NCBI GenBank assembly: GCA_964016885.1
Contig: CAXHJY010000139.1
Span: forward strand, 1-64,000
From: Eledone cirrhosa
Lineage: Eukaryota
Length of the DNA: 64,000 nt
Reading direction: 5' to 3'
Every line of letters starts with the position of its first letter. The stretch's first letter is position 1. Below, piece by piece: positions 26,250 through 38,000 of the stretch. The translations under genes and the position numbers were made by a program. The notes below the pieces were generated by a model that worked only from the letters and a program-made list of their open reading frames with translations, was not told the origin of the DNA and did not search any database.

Positions 26250-29200
26250 GCTTAGCTTAGCTTAGCTTAGCTTAGCTTAGCTTAGCTTAGGATAGCTTAG
26301 CTTAGCTTAGGATAGTTTAGCTTAGCTTAGCTTAGGATAGCTTAGCTTAGCTTAGCTTAGGATAGCTTAGCTTAGCTTAGCTTAGGATAGCTTAGCTTAG
26401 CTTAGGATAGCTTAGCTTAGCTTAGCTTAGGATAGCTTAGCTTAGCTTAGGATAGCTTAGCTTAGCTTAGCTTAGGATAGCTTAGCTTAGCTTAGCTTAG
26501 GATAGCTTAGCTTAGGATAGCTTAGCTTAGCTTAGGATAGCTTAGCTTAGCTTAGCTTAGGATAGCTTAGCTTAGCTTAGCTTAGGATAGCTTAGCTTAG
26601 CTTAGCTTAGTATAGCTTAGCTTAGCTTAGCTTAGGATAGCTTAGCTTAGCTTAGCTTAGGATAGCTTAGCTTAGCTTAGCTTAGGATAGCTTAGCTTAG
26701 CTTAGCTTAGGATAGCTTAGCTTAGCTTAGCTTAGGATAGCTTAGCTTAGCTTGGCTTAGGATAGCTTAGCTTAGCTTGGCTTAGGATAGCTTAGCTTAG
26801 CTTAGCTTAGGATAGCTTAGCTTAGCTTAGCTTAGCTTAGCTTAGCTTAGGATAGCTTAGCTTAGCTTAGCTTAGGATAGCTTAGCTTAGCTTAGCTTAG
26901 CTTAGGATAACTTAGCTTAGCTTAGCTTAGCTTAGCTTAGGATAGCTTAGCTTAGCTTAGCTTAGGATAGCTTAGCTTAGTTTAGGATAGCTTAGCTTAG
27001 CTTAGCTTAGGATAGCTTAGGATAGCTTAGCTTAGGATAGCTTAGGATAGCTTAGCTTAGGATAGCTTAGGATAGCTTAGGTTAGGATAGCTTAGCTTAG
27101 GATAGCTTAGGATAGCTTAGCTTAGGATAGCTTAGGATAGCTTAGCTTAGGATAGCTTAGGATAGCTTAGCTTAGAATAGCTTAGCTTAGGATAGCTTAG
27201 GAAAGCTTAGCTTAGCTTAGCTTAGGATAGCTTAGCTTAGCTTAGCTTAGGATAGCTTAGCTTAGCTTAGCTTAGGATAGCTTAGGATAGCTTAGCTTAG
27301 GATAGCTTAGGATAGCTTAGCTTTGGATAGCTTAGCTTAGGAGAGCTTAGCTTAGGATAGCTTAGGATAGCTTAGCTTAGGATAGCTTAGGATAGCTTAG
27401 CTTAGGATAGCTTAGCTTAGGATAGCTTAGGATAGCTTAGCTTAGCTTAGCTTAGGATAGCTTAGCTTAGCTTAGCTTAGCTTAGGATAGCTTAGCTTAG
27501 CTTAGCTTAGCTTAGGATAGCTTAGCTTAGCTTAGCTTAGGATAGCTTAGGATAGCTTAGCTTAGGATAGCTTAGGATAGCTTAGCTTAGGATAGCTTAG
27601 GATAGCTTAGCTTAGGATAGCTTAGGATAGCTTAGCTTAGGATAGCTTAGCTTAGGATAGCTTAGCTTAGCTTAGCTTAGGATAGCTTAGCTTAGGATAG
27701 CTTAGGATAGCTTAGCTTAGGATAGCTTAGCTAAGGATAGCTTAGGATAGCTTAGCTTAGCTTAGCTTAGGATAGCTTAGCTTAGCTTAGCTTAGGATAG
27801 CTTAGCTTAGCTTAGGATAGCTTAGCTTAGCTTAGCTTAGGATAGCTTAGCTTAGCTTAGCTTAGGATAGCTTAGCTTAGCTTAGCTTAGGATAGCTTAG
27901 CTTAGCTTAGGATAGCTCAGCTTAGCTTAGCTTAGGAAAGCTTAGCTTAGCTTAGCTTAGGATAGCTTAGCTTAGGATAGCTTAGCTTAGGATAGCTTAG
28001 CTTAGGTTAGCTTAGCTTAGCTTAGCTTAGGATAGCTTAGGATAGCTTAGCTTAGGATAGCTTAGCTTAGCTTAGCTTAGGATAGCTTAGCTTAGCTTAG
28101 CTTAGGATAGCTTAGCTTAGCTTAGCTTAGGATAGCTTAGCTTAGGATAGCTTAGGATAGCTTAGCTTAGCTTAGCTTAGGATAGTTTAGCTTAGCTTAG
28201 CTTAGGATAGCTTAGCTTAGCTTAGGATAGCTTAGCTTAGCTTAGCTTAGGATAGCTTAGCTTAGCTTAGCTTAGGATAGCTTAGCTTAGGTTAGCTTAG
28301 GATAGCTTAGCTTAGCTTAGCTTAGCTTAGCTTAGCTTAGCTTAGCTTAGCTTAGCTTAGGATAGCTTAGCTTAGCTTAGGATAGTTTAGCTTAGCTTAG
28401 CTTAGGATAGCTTAGCTTAGCTTAGCTTAGGATAGCTTAGCTTAGCTTAGCTTAGGATAGCTTAGCTTAGCTTAGGATAGCTTAGCTTAGCTTAGCTTAG
28501 GATAGCTTAGCTTAGCTTAGGATAGCTTAGCTCAGCTTAGCTTAGGATAGCTTAGCTTAGCTTAGCTTAGGATAGCTTAGCTTAGGATAGCTTAGCTTAG
28601 CTTAGGATAGCTTAGCTTAGCTTAGCTTAGGATAGCTTAGCTTAGCTTAGCTTAGGATAGCTTAGCTTAGCTTAGCTTAGTATAGCTTAGCTTAGCTTAG
28701 CTTAGGATAGCTTAGCTTAGCTTAGCTTAGGATAGCTTAGCTTAGCTTAGCTTAGGATAGCTTAGCTTAGCTTAGCTTAGGATAGCTTAGCTTAGCTTAG
28801 CTTAGGATAGCTTAGCTTAGCTTGGCTTAGGATAGCTTAGCTTAGCTTGGCTTAGGATAGCTTAGCTTAGCTTAGCTTAGGATAGCTTAGCTTAGCTTAG
28901 CTTAGCTTAGCTTAGCTTAGGATAGCTTAGCTTAGCTTAGCTTAGCTTAGGATAGCTTAGCTTAGCTTAGCTTAGCTTAGGATAGCTTAGCTTAGCTTAG
29001 CTTAGCTTAGGATAGCTTAGCTTAGCTTAGCTTAGGATAGCTTAGCTTAGTTTAGGATAGCTTAGCTTAGCTTAGCTTAGGATAGCTTAGGATAGCTTAG
29101 CTTAGGATAGCTTAGGATAGCTTAGCTTAGGATAGCTTAGGATAGCTTAGGTTAGGATAGCTTAGCTTAGGATAGCTTAGGATAGCTTAGCTTAGGATAG

Positions 29201-30370
29201 CTTAGGATAGCTTAGCTTAGGATAGCTTAGGATAGCTTAGCTTAGAATAGCTTAGCTTAGGATAGCTTAGGAAAGCTTAGCTTAGCTTAGCTTAGGATAG
29301 CTTAGCTTAGCTTAGCTTAGGATAGCTTAGCTTAGCTTAGCTTAGGATAGCTTAGGATAGCTTAGCTTAGGATAGCTTAGGATAGCTTAGCTTTGGATAG
29401 CTTAGCTTAGGAGAGCTTAGCTTAGGATAGCTTAGGATAGCTTAGCTTAGGATAGCTTAGGATAGCTTAGCTTAGGATAGCTTAGCTTAGGATAGCTTAG
29501 GATAGCTTAGCTTAGCTTAGCTTAGGATAGCTTAGCTTAGCTTAGCTTAGCTTAGGATAGCTTAGCTTAGCTTAGCTTAGCTTAGGATAGCTTAGCTTAG
29601 CTTAGCTTAGGATAGCTTAGGATAGCTTAGCTTAGGATAGCTTAGGATAGCTTAGCTTAGGATAGCTTAGGATAGCTTAGCTTAGGATAGCTTAGGATAG
29701 CTTAGCTTAGGATAGCTTAGCTTAGGATAGCTTAGCTTAGCTTAGCTTAGGATAGCTTAGCTTAGGATAGCTTAGGATAGCTTAGCTTAGGATAGCTTAG
29801 CTAAGGATAGCTTAGGATAGCTTAGCTTAGCTTAGCTTAGGATAGCTTAGCTTAGCTTAGCTTAGGATAGCTTAGCTTAGCTTAGGATAGCTTAGCTTAG
29901 CTTAGCTTAGGATAGCTTAGCTTAGCTTAGCTTAGGATAGCTTAGCTTAGCTTAGCTTAGGATAGCTTAGCTTAGCTTAGGATAGCTCAGCTTAGCTTAG
30001 CTTAGGAAAGCTTAGCTTAGCTTAGCTTAGGATAGCTTAGCTTAGGATAGCTTAGCTTAGGATAGCTTAGCTTAGGTTAGCTTAGCTTAGCTTAGCTTAG
30101 GATAGCTTAGGATAGCTTAGCTTAGGATAGCTTAGCTTAGCTTAGCTTAGGATAGCTTAGCTTAGCTTAGCTTAGGATAGCTTAGCTTAGCTTAGCTTAG
30201 GATAGCTTAGCTTAGGATAGCTTAGGATAGCTTAGCTTAGCTTAGCTTAGGATAGTTTAGCTTAGCTTAGCTTAGGATAGCTTAGCTTAGCTTAGGTTAG
30301 CTTAGCTTAGCTTAGCTTAGGATAGCTTAGCTTAGCTTAGCTTAGGATAGCTTAGCTTAGGTTAGCTTAG
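26250..30370 (+). repeat. Tandem duplication, unit 2070 bp (more diverged related copy at ~24.0-26.2 kb)
   Basis: Constant offset 2070: GTTTA 26315/28385, GTATA 26610/28680, GAATA 27175/29245, GCTAA 27730/29800, GCTCA 27915/29985. Confidence 0.92.
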
Positions 30371-33300
30371 GATAGCTTAGGATAGCTTAGCTTAGGATAG
30401 CTTAGGATAGCTTAGCTTAGGATAGCTTAGCTTAGGATAGCTTAGCTTAGGTTAGCTTAGCTTAGCTTAGCTTAGGATAGCTTAGGATAGCTTAGCTTAG
30501 GATAGCTTAGCTTAGCTTAGCTTAGGATAGCTTAGCTTAGGATAGCTTAGGATAGCTTAGCTTAGGATAGCTTAGCTTAGGATAGCTTAGGATAGCTTAG
30601 CTTAGCTTAGCTTAGGATAGCTTAGCTTAGCTTAGCTTAGGATAGCTTAGCTTAGGTTAGCTTAGCTTAGCTTAGCTTAGGATAGCTTAGCTTAGGATAG
30701 CTTAGGATAGCTTAGCTTAGGATAGCTTAGCTTAGGATAGCTTAGGATAGCTTAGCTTAGGATAGCTTAGAATAGCTTAGCTTAGGATAGCTTAGCTTAG
30801 GATAGCTTAGGATAGCTTAGCTTAGCTTAGCTTAGGATAGCTTAGCTTAGCTTAGCTTAGGATAGCTTAGCTTAGCTTAGCATAGGATAGCTTAGCTTAG
30901 CTTAGCTTAGGATAGCTTAGGATAGCTTAGCTTAGGATAGCTTAGGATAGCTTAGGATAGCTTAGCTTAGCTTAGCTTAGGATAGCTTAGCTTAGCTTAG
31001 CTTAGGATAGCTTAGCTTAGCTTAGCTTAGGATAGCTTAGCTTAGCTTAGGATAGCTTAGCTTAGCTTAGCTTAGTATAGCTTAGCTTAGCTTAGCTTAG
31101 GATAGCTTAGCTTAGCTTAGGATAGCTTAGCTTAGCTTAGGATAGCTTAGCTTAGCTTAGCTTAGGATAGCTTAGCTTAGCTTAGCTTAGGATAGCTTAG
31201 CTTAGCTTAGCTTAGGATAGCTTAGCTTAGCTTAGCTTAGGATAGCTTAGCTTAGCTTAGCTTAGGATAGCTTAGCTTAGCTTAGCTTAGGATAGCTTAG
31301 CTTAGCTTAGCTTAGGATAGATTAGCTTAGCTTAGGATAGCTTAGCTTAGCTTAGCTTAGGAAAGCTTAGCTTAGCTTAGGATAGCTTAGCTTAGCTTAG
31401 CTTAGGAGAGCTTAGCTTAGCTTAGGAGAGCTTAGCTTAGCTTAGCTTAGGATAGCTTAGCTTAGCTTAGCTTAGGTAGCTTAGCTTAGCTTAGCTTAGG
31501 ATAGCTTAGCTTAGCTTAGCTTAGGATAGCTTAGGATAGCTTAGCTTAGGATAGCTTAGGATAGCTTACCTTAGGAGAGCTTAGCTTAGGATAGCTTAGC
31601 TTAGGATAGCTTAGGATAGCTTAGCTTAGGATAGCTTAGCTTAGGATAGCTTAGCTTAGGATAGCTTAGGATAGCTTAGCTTAGCTTAGCTTAGGATAGC
31701 TTAGCTTAGCTTAGCTTAGGATAGCTTAGCTTAGGTTAGCTTAGCTTAGCTTAGCTTAGGATAGCTTAGGATAGCTTAGCTTAGGATAGCTTAGGATAGC
31801 TTAGCTTAGGATAGCTTAGGATAGCTTAGCTTAGGATAGCTTAGCTTAGGATAGCTTAGGATTGCTTAGCTTAGGATAGCTTAGGATAGCTTAGCTTAGG
31901 ATCGCTTAGGATAGCTTAGCTTAGCTTAGCTTAGGATAGCTTAGCTTAGCTTAGCTTAGGATAGCTTAGCTTAGCTTAGCTTAGGATAGCTTAGCTTAGC
32001 TTAGCTTAGGATAGCTTAGGATAGCTTAGCTTAGGATAGCTTAGGATAGCTTAGCTTAGGATAGCTTAGCTTAGGATAGCTTAGCTTAGGATAGCTTAGG
32101 ATAGCTTAGCTTAGGATAGCTTAGGATAGCTTAGCTTAGGATAGCTTAGCTTAGGATAGCTTAGCTTAGGATAGCTTAGGATAGCTTAGCTTAGCTTAGC
32201 TTAGGATAGCTTAGCTTAGCTTAGCTTAGGATAGCTTAGCTTAGCTTAGCTTAGGATAGCTTAGCTTAGCTTAGCTTAGGATAGCTTAGGATAGCTTAGC
32301 TTAGGATAGCTTAGGATAGCTTAGCTTAGGTTAGCTTAGGATAGCTTAGCTTAGGATAGATTAGCTTAGGATAGCTTAGCTTAGGATAGCTTAGGATAGC
32401 TTAGCTTAGGATAGCTTAGGATAGCTTAGCTTAGAATAGCTTAGCTTAGGATAGCTTAGGAAAGCTTAGCTTAGCTTAGCTTAGGATAGCTTAGCTTAGC
32501 TTAGCTTAGGATAGCTTAGCTTAGCTTAGCTTAGGATAGCTTAGGATAGCTTAGCTTAGGATAGCTTAGGATAGCTTAGCTTTGGATAGCTTAGCTTAGG
32601 AGAGCTTAGCTTAGGATAGCTTAGGATAGCTTAGCTTAGGATAGCTTAGGATAGCTTAGCTTAGGATAGCTTAGCTTAGGATAGCTTAGGATAGCTTAGC
32701 TTAGCTTAGCTTAGGATAGCTTAGCTTAGCTTAGCTTAGGATAGCTTAGCTTAGCTTAGCTTAGCTTAGGATAGCTTAGCTTAGCTTAGCTTAGGATAGC
32801 TTAGGATAGCTTAGCTTAGGATAGCTTAGGATAGCTTAGCTTAGGATAGCTTAGGATAGCTTAGCTTAGGATAGCTTAGGATAGCTTAGCTTAGGATAGC
32901 TTAGCTTAGGATAGCTTAGCTTAGCTTAGCTTAGGATAGCTTAGCTTAGGATAGCTTAGGATAGCTTAGCTTAGGATAGCTTAGCTTAGGATAGCTTAGG
33001 ATAGCTTAGCTTAGCTTAGCTTAGGATAGCTTAGCTTAGCTTAGCTTAGGATAGCTTAGCTTAGCTTAGGATAGCTTAGCTTAGCTTAGCTTAGGATAGC
33101 TTAGCTTAGCTTAGCTTAGGATAGCTTAGCTTAGCTTAGCTTAGGATAGCTTAGCTTAGCTTAGGATAGCTCAGCTTAGCTTAGCTTAGGATAGCTTAGC
33201 TTAGGTTAGCTTAGGATAGCTTAGGATAGCTTAGGATAGCTTAGCTTAGCTTAGCTTAGGATAGCTTAGCTTAGCTTAGCTTAGGATAGCTTAGCTTAGC

Positions 33301-35052
33301 TTAGCTTAGCTTAGCTTAGCTTAGCTTAGGATAGCTTAGCTTAGCTTAGGATAGCTTAGCTTAGCTTAGCTTAGGATAGCTTAGCTTAGCTTAGGATAGC
33401 TTAGCTTAGCTTAGCTTAGGATAGCTTAGCTTTGCTTAGGATAGCTTAGCTTAGCTTAGCTTAGGATAGCTTAGCTTAGCTTAGCTTAGGATAGCTTAGC
33501 TTAGGTTAGCTTAGGATAGCTTAGGATAGCTTAGGATAGCTTAGCTTAGCTTAGCTTAGGATAGCTTAGCTTAGCTTAGCTTAGGATAGCTTAGCTTAGC
33601 TTAGCTTAGGATAGATTAGCTTAGCTTAGGATAGCTTAGCTTAGCTTAGCTTAGGATAGCTTAGCTTAGCTTAGGATAGCTTAGCTTAGCTTAGCTTAGG
33701 ATAGCTTAGCTTTGCTTAGGATAGCTTAGCTTAGCTTAGCTTAGGATAGCTTAGCTTAGCTTAGCTTAGGATAGCTTAGCTTAGCTTAGCTTAGGATAGA
33801 TTAGCTTAGCTTAGGATAGCTTAGCTTAGCTTAGCTTAGGAAAGCTTAGCTTAGCTTAGGATAGCTTAGCTTAGCTTAGCTTAGGAGAGCTTAGCTTAGC
33901 TTAGGATAGCTTAGCTTAGCTTAGCTTAGGATAGCTTAGCTTAGCTTAGCTTAGGTAGCTTAGCTTAGCTTAGCTTAGGATAGCTTAGCTTAGCTTAGCT
34001 TAGCTTAGGATAGCTTAGCTTAGCTTAGCTTAGGATAGCTTAGCTTAGCTTAGCTTAGGATAGCTTAGGATAGCTTAGCTTAGGATAGCTTAGGATAGCT
34101 TACCTTTGGAGAGCTTAGCTTAGGATAGCTTAGCTTAGGATAGCTTAGGATAGCTTAGCTTAGGATAGCTTAGCTTAGGATAGCTTAGCTTAGGATAGCT
34201 TAGGATAGCTTAGCTTAGCTTAGCTTAGGATAGCTTAGCTTAGCTTAGCTTAGGATAGCTTAGCTTAGGTTAGCTTAGCTTAGCTTAGCTTAGGATAGCT
34301 TAGCTTAGGATAGCTTAGGATAGCTTAGCTTAGGATAGCTTAGCTTAGGATAGCTTAGCTTAGCTTTGCTTAGGATAGCTTAGCTTAGCTTAGCTTAGGA
34401 TAGCTTAGCTTAGCTTAGCTTAGGATAGCTTAGCTTAGCTTAGCTTAGGATAGCTTAGCTTAGCTTAGCTTAGGATAGCTTAGCTTAGGATAGCTTAGCT
34501 TAGCTTAGCTTAGGATCGCTTAGCTTAGCTTAGCTTAGGATAGCTTAGCTTAGCTTAGGATAGCTTAGCTTAGCTTAGCTTAGGATAGCTTAGCTTAGCT
34601 TAGGATAGCTTAGGATAGCTTAGCTTAGGAGAGCTTAGCTTAGCTTAGCTTAGGATAGCTTAGCTTAGCTTAGCTTAGGATAGCTTAGCTTAACTTAGCT
34701 TAGGATAGCTTAGCTTAGCTTAGCTTAGGATAGCTTAGCTTAGCTTAGCTTAGGATAGCTTAGCTTAGCTTAGCTTAGGATAGCTTAGGATAGCTTAGCT
34801 TAGGATAGCTTAGGATAGCTTACCTTAGGAGAGCTTAGCTTAGGATAGCTTAGCTTAGGATAGCTTAGGATAGCTTAGCTTAGGATAGCTTAGCTTAGGA
34901 TAGCTTAGCTTAGGATAGCTTAGGATAGCTTAGCTTAGCTTAGCTTAGGATAGCTTAGCTTAGCTTAGCTTAGGATAGCTTAGCTTAGCTTAGCTTAGGA
35001 TAGCTTAGCTTAGCTTAGCTTAGGATAGCTTAGGATAGCTTAGCTTAGGATA

Positions 35053-38000
35053 GCTTAGGATAGCTTAGCTTAGGATAGCTTAGGATAGCTTAGCTTAGGA
35101 TAGCTTAGCTTAGGATAGCTTAGCTTAGGATAGCTTAGGATAGCTTAGCTTAGGATAGCTTAGGATAGCTTAGCTTAGGATAGCTTAGCTTAGGATAGCT
35201 TAGGATAGCTTAGCTTAACTTAGCTTAGGATAGCTTAGCTTAGCTTAGCTTAGGATAGCTTAGCTTAGCTTAGCTTAGGATAGCTTAGCTTAGCTTAGCT
35301 TAGGATAGCTTAGGATAGCTTAGCTTAGGATAGCTTAGGATAGCTTAGCTTAGGATAGCTTAGCTTAGCTTAGCTTAGGATAGCTTAGCTTAGCTTAGCT
35401 TAGAATAGCTTAGCTTAGGATAGCTTAGCTTAGGATAGCTTAGCTTAGGATAGCTTAGCTTAGGATAGCTTAGGATAGCTTAGCTTAGGATAGCTTAGGA
35501 TAGCTTAGCTTAGGATAGCTTAGCTTAGCTTAGCTTAGGATAGCTTAGCTTAGCTTAGGATAGCTTAGCTTAGCTTAGCTTAGGATAGCTTAGCTTAGGA
35601 TAGCTTAGGAAAGCTTAGCTTAGCTTAGCTTAGGATAGCTTAGCTTAGCTTAGCTTAGGATAGCTTAGCTTAGCTTAGGATAGCTTAGCTTAGCTTAGCT
35701 TAGGATAGCTTAGCTTAGCTTAGTTTAGGATAGCTTAGCTTAGCTTAGCTTAGGATAGCTTAGCTTGGCTTAGCTTAGGATAGCTTAGCTTAGCTTAGCT
35801 TAGGATAGCTTAGCTTAGGATAGCTTAGCTTAGCTTAGCTTAGGATAGCTTAGCTTAGCTTAGCTTAGGATAGCTTAGCTTAGGATAGCTTAGCTTAGCT
35901 TAGCTTAGGATAGCTTAGCATAGCTTAGCTTAGGATAGCTTAGCTTAGCTTAGCTTAGGATAGCTTAGCTTAGCTTAGCTTAGGATAGCTTAGCTTAGCT
36001 TAGCTTAGGATAGCTTAGCTTAGCTTAGCTTAGGATAGCTTAGCTTAGCTTAGCTTAGGATAGCTTAGCATAGCTTAGCTTAGGATAGCTTAGCTTAGCT
36101 TAGCTTAGGATAGCTTAGCTTAGCTTAGGATAGCTTAGCTTAGCTTGGCTTAGGATAGCTTAGCTTAGCTTGGCTTAGGATAGCTTAGCTTAGCTTAGCT
36201 TAGGATAGCTTAGCTTAGGATAGCTTAGGATAGCTTAGCTTAGCTTAGCTTAGGATAGCTTAGCTTAGTTTAGGATAGCTTAGCTTAGCTTAGCTTAGGA
36301 TAGCTTAGGATAGCTTAGCTTAGGATAGCTTAGGATAGCTTAGCTTAGGATAGCTTAGGATAGCTTAGCTTAGGATAGCTTAGGATAGCTTAGGTTAGGA
36401 TAGCTTAGCTTAGGATAGCTTAGGATAGCTTAGCTTAGGATAGCTTAGGATAGCTTAGCTTAGGATAGCTTAGGATAGCTTAGCTTAGGATAGCTTAGCT
36501 TATGATAGCTTAGGAAAGCTTAGCTTAGCTTAGCTTAGGATAGCTTAGCTTAGCTTAGCTTAGGATAGCTTAGCTTAGCTTAGCTTAGGATAGCTTAGGA
36601 TAGCTTAGCTTAGGATAGCTTAGGATAGCTTAGCTTAGGATAGCTTAGCTTAGGATAGCTTAGCTTAGGATAGCTTAGGATAGCTTAGCTTAGGATAGCT
36701 TAGGATAGCTTAGCTTAGGTAGCTTAGCTTAGGATAGCTTAGGATAGCTTAGCTTAGCTTAGCTTAGGATAGCTTAGCTTAGCTTAGGATAGCTTAGCTT
36801 AGCTTAGCTTAGCTTAGGATAGCTTAGCTTAGCTTAGGATAGCTTAGGATAGCTTAGCTTAGGATAGCTTAGGATAGCTTAGCTTAGGATAGCTTAGGAT
36901 AGCTTAGCTTAGGATAGCTTAGGATAGCTTAGCTTAGGATAGCTTAGCTTAGGATAGCTTAGCTTAGCTTAGCTTAGGATAGCTTAGCTTAGGATAGCTT
37001 AGGATATCTTAGGTTAGGATAGCTTAGCTTAGGATAGCTTAGGATAGATTAGCTTAGCTTAGCTTAGGATAGCTTAGCTTAGCTTAGCTTAGGATAGCTT
37101 AGCTTAGCTTAGGATAGCTTAGCTTAGCTTAGCTTAGGATAGCTTAGCTTAGCTTAGCTTAGGATAGCTTAGCTTAGCTTAGGATAGCTTAGCTTAGCTT
37201 AGCTTAGGATAGCTTAGCTTAGCTTAGCTTAGGATAGCTTAGCTTAGGATAGCTTAGCTTAGGATAGCTTAGCTTAGGTTAGCTTAGCTTAGCTTAGCTT
37301 AGGATAGCTTAGGATAGCTTAGCTTAGGATAACTTAGCTTAGCTTAGCTTAGGATAGCTTAGCTTAGCTTAGCTTAGGATAGCTTAGCTTAGCTTAGCTT
37401 AGGATAGCTTAGCTTAGGATAGCTTAGGATTGCTTAGCTTAGCTTAGCTTAGGATAGCTTAGCTTAGCTTAGCTTAGGATAGCTTAGCTTAGCTTAGGAT
37501 AGCTTAGCTTAGCTTAGCTTAGGATAGCTTAGCTTAGCTTAGCTTAGGATAGCTTAGCTTAGCTTAGCTTAGGATAGCTTAGGATAGCTTAGGATAGCTT
37601 AGCTTAGCTTAGGATAGCTTAGCTTAGCTTAGGATAGCTTAGCTTAGCTTAGCTTAGGATAGCTTAGCTTAGCTTAGGATAGCTTAGCTTAGCTTAGCTT
37701 AGGATAGCTTAGCTTAGCTTAGCTTAGGATAGCTTAGCTTAGCTTAGCTTAGGATAGCTTAGCTTAGCTTAGCTTAGGATAGCTTAGCTTAGCTTAGCTT
37801 AGGATAGATTAGCTTAGCTTAGGATAGCTTAGCTTAGCTTAGCTTAGGAAAGCTTAGCTTAGCTTAGGATAGCTTAGCTTAGCTTAGCTTAGGAGAGCTT
37901 AGCTTAGCTTAGCTTAGGATAGCTTAGCTTAGCTTAGGATAGCTTAGCTTAGCTTAGGTAGCTTAGCTTAGCTTAGCTTAGGATAGCTTAGCTTAGCTTA

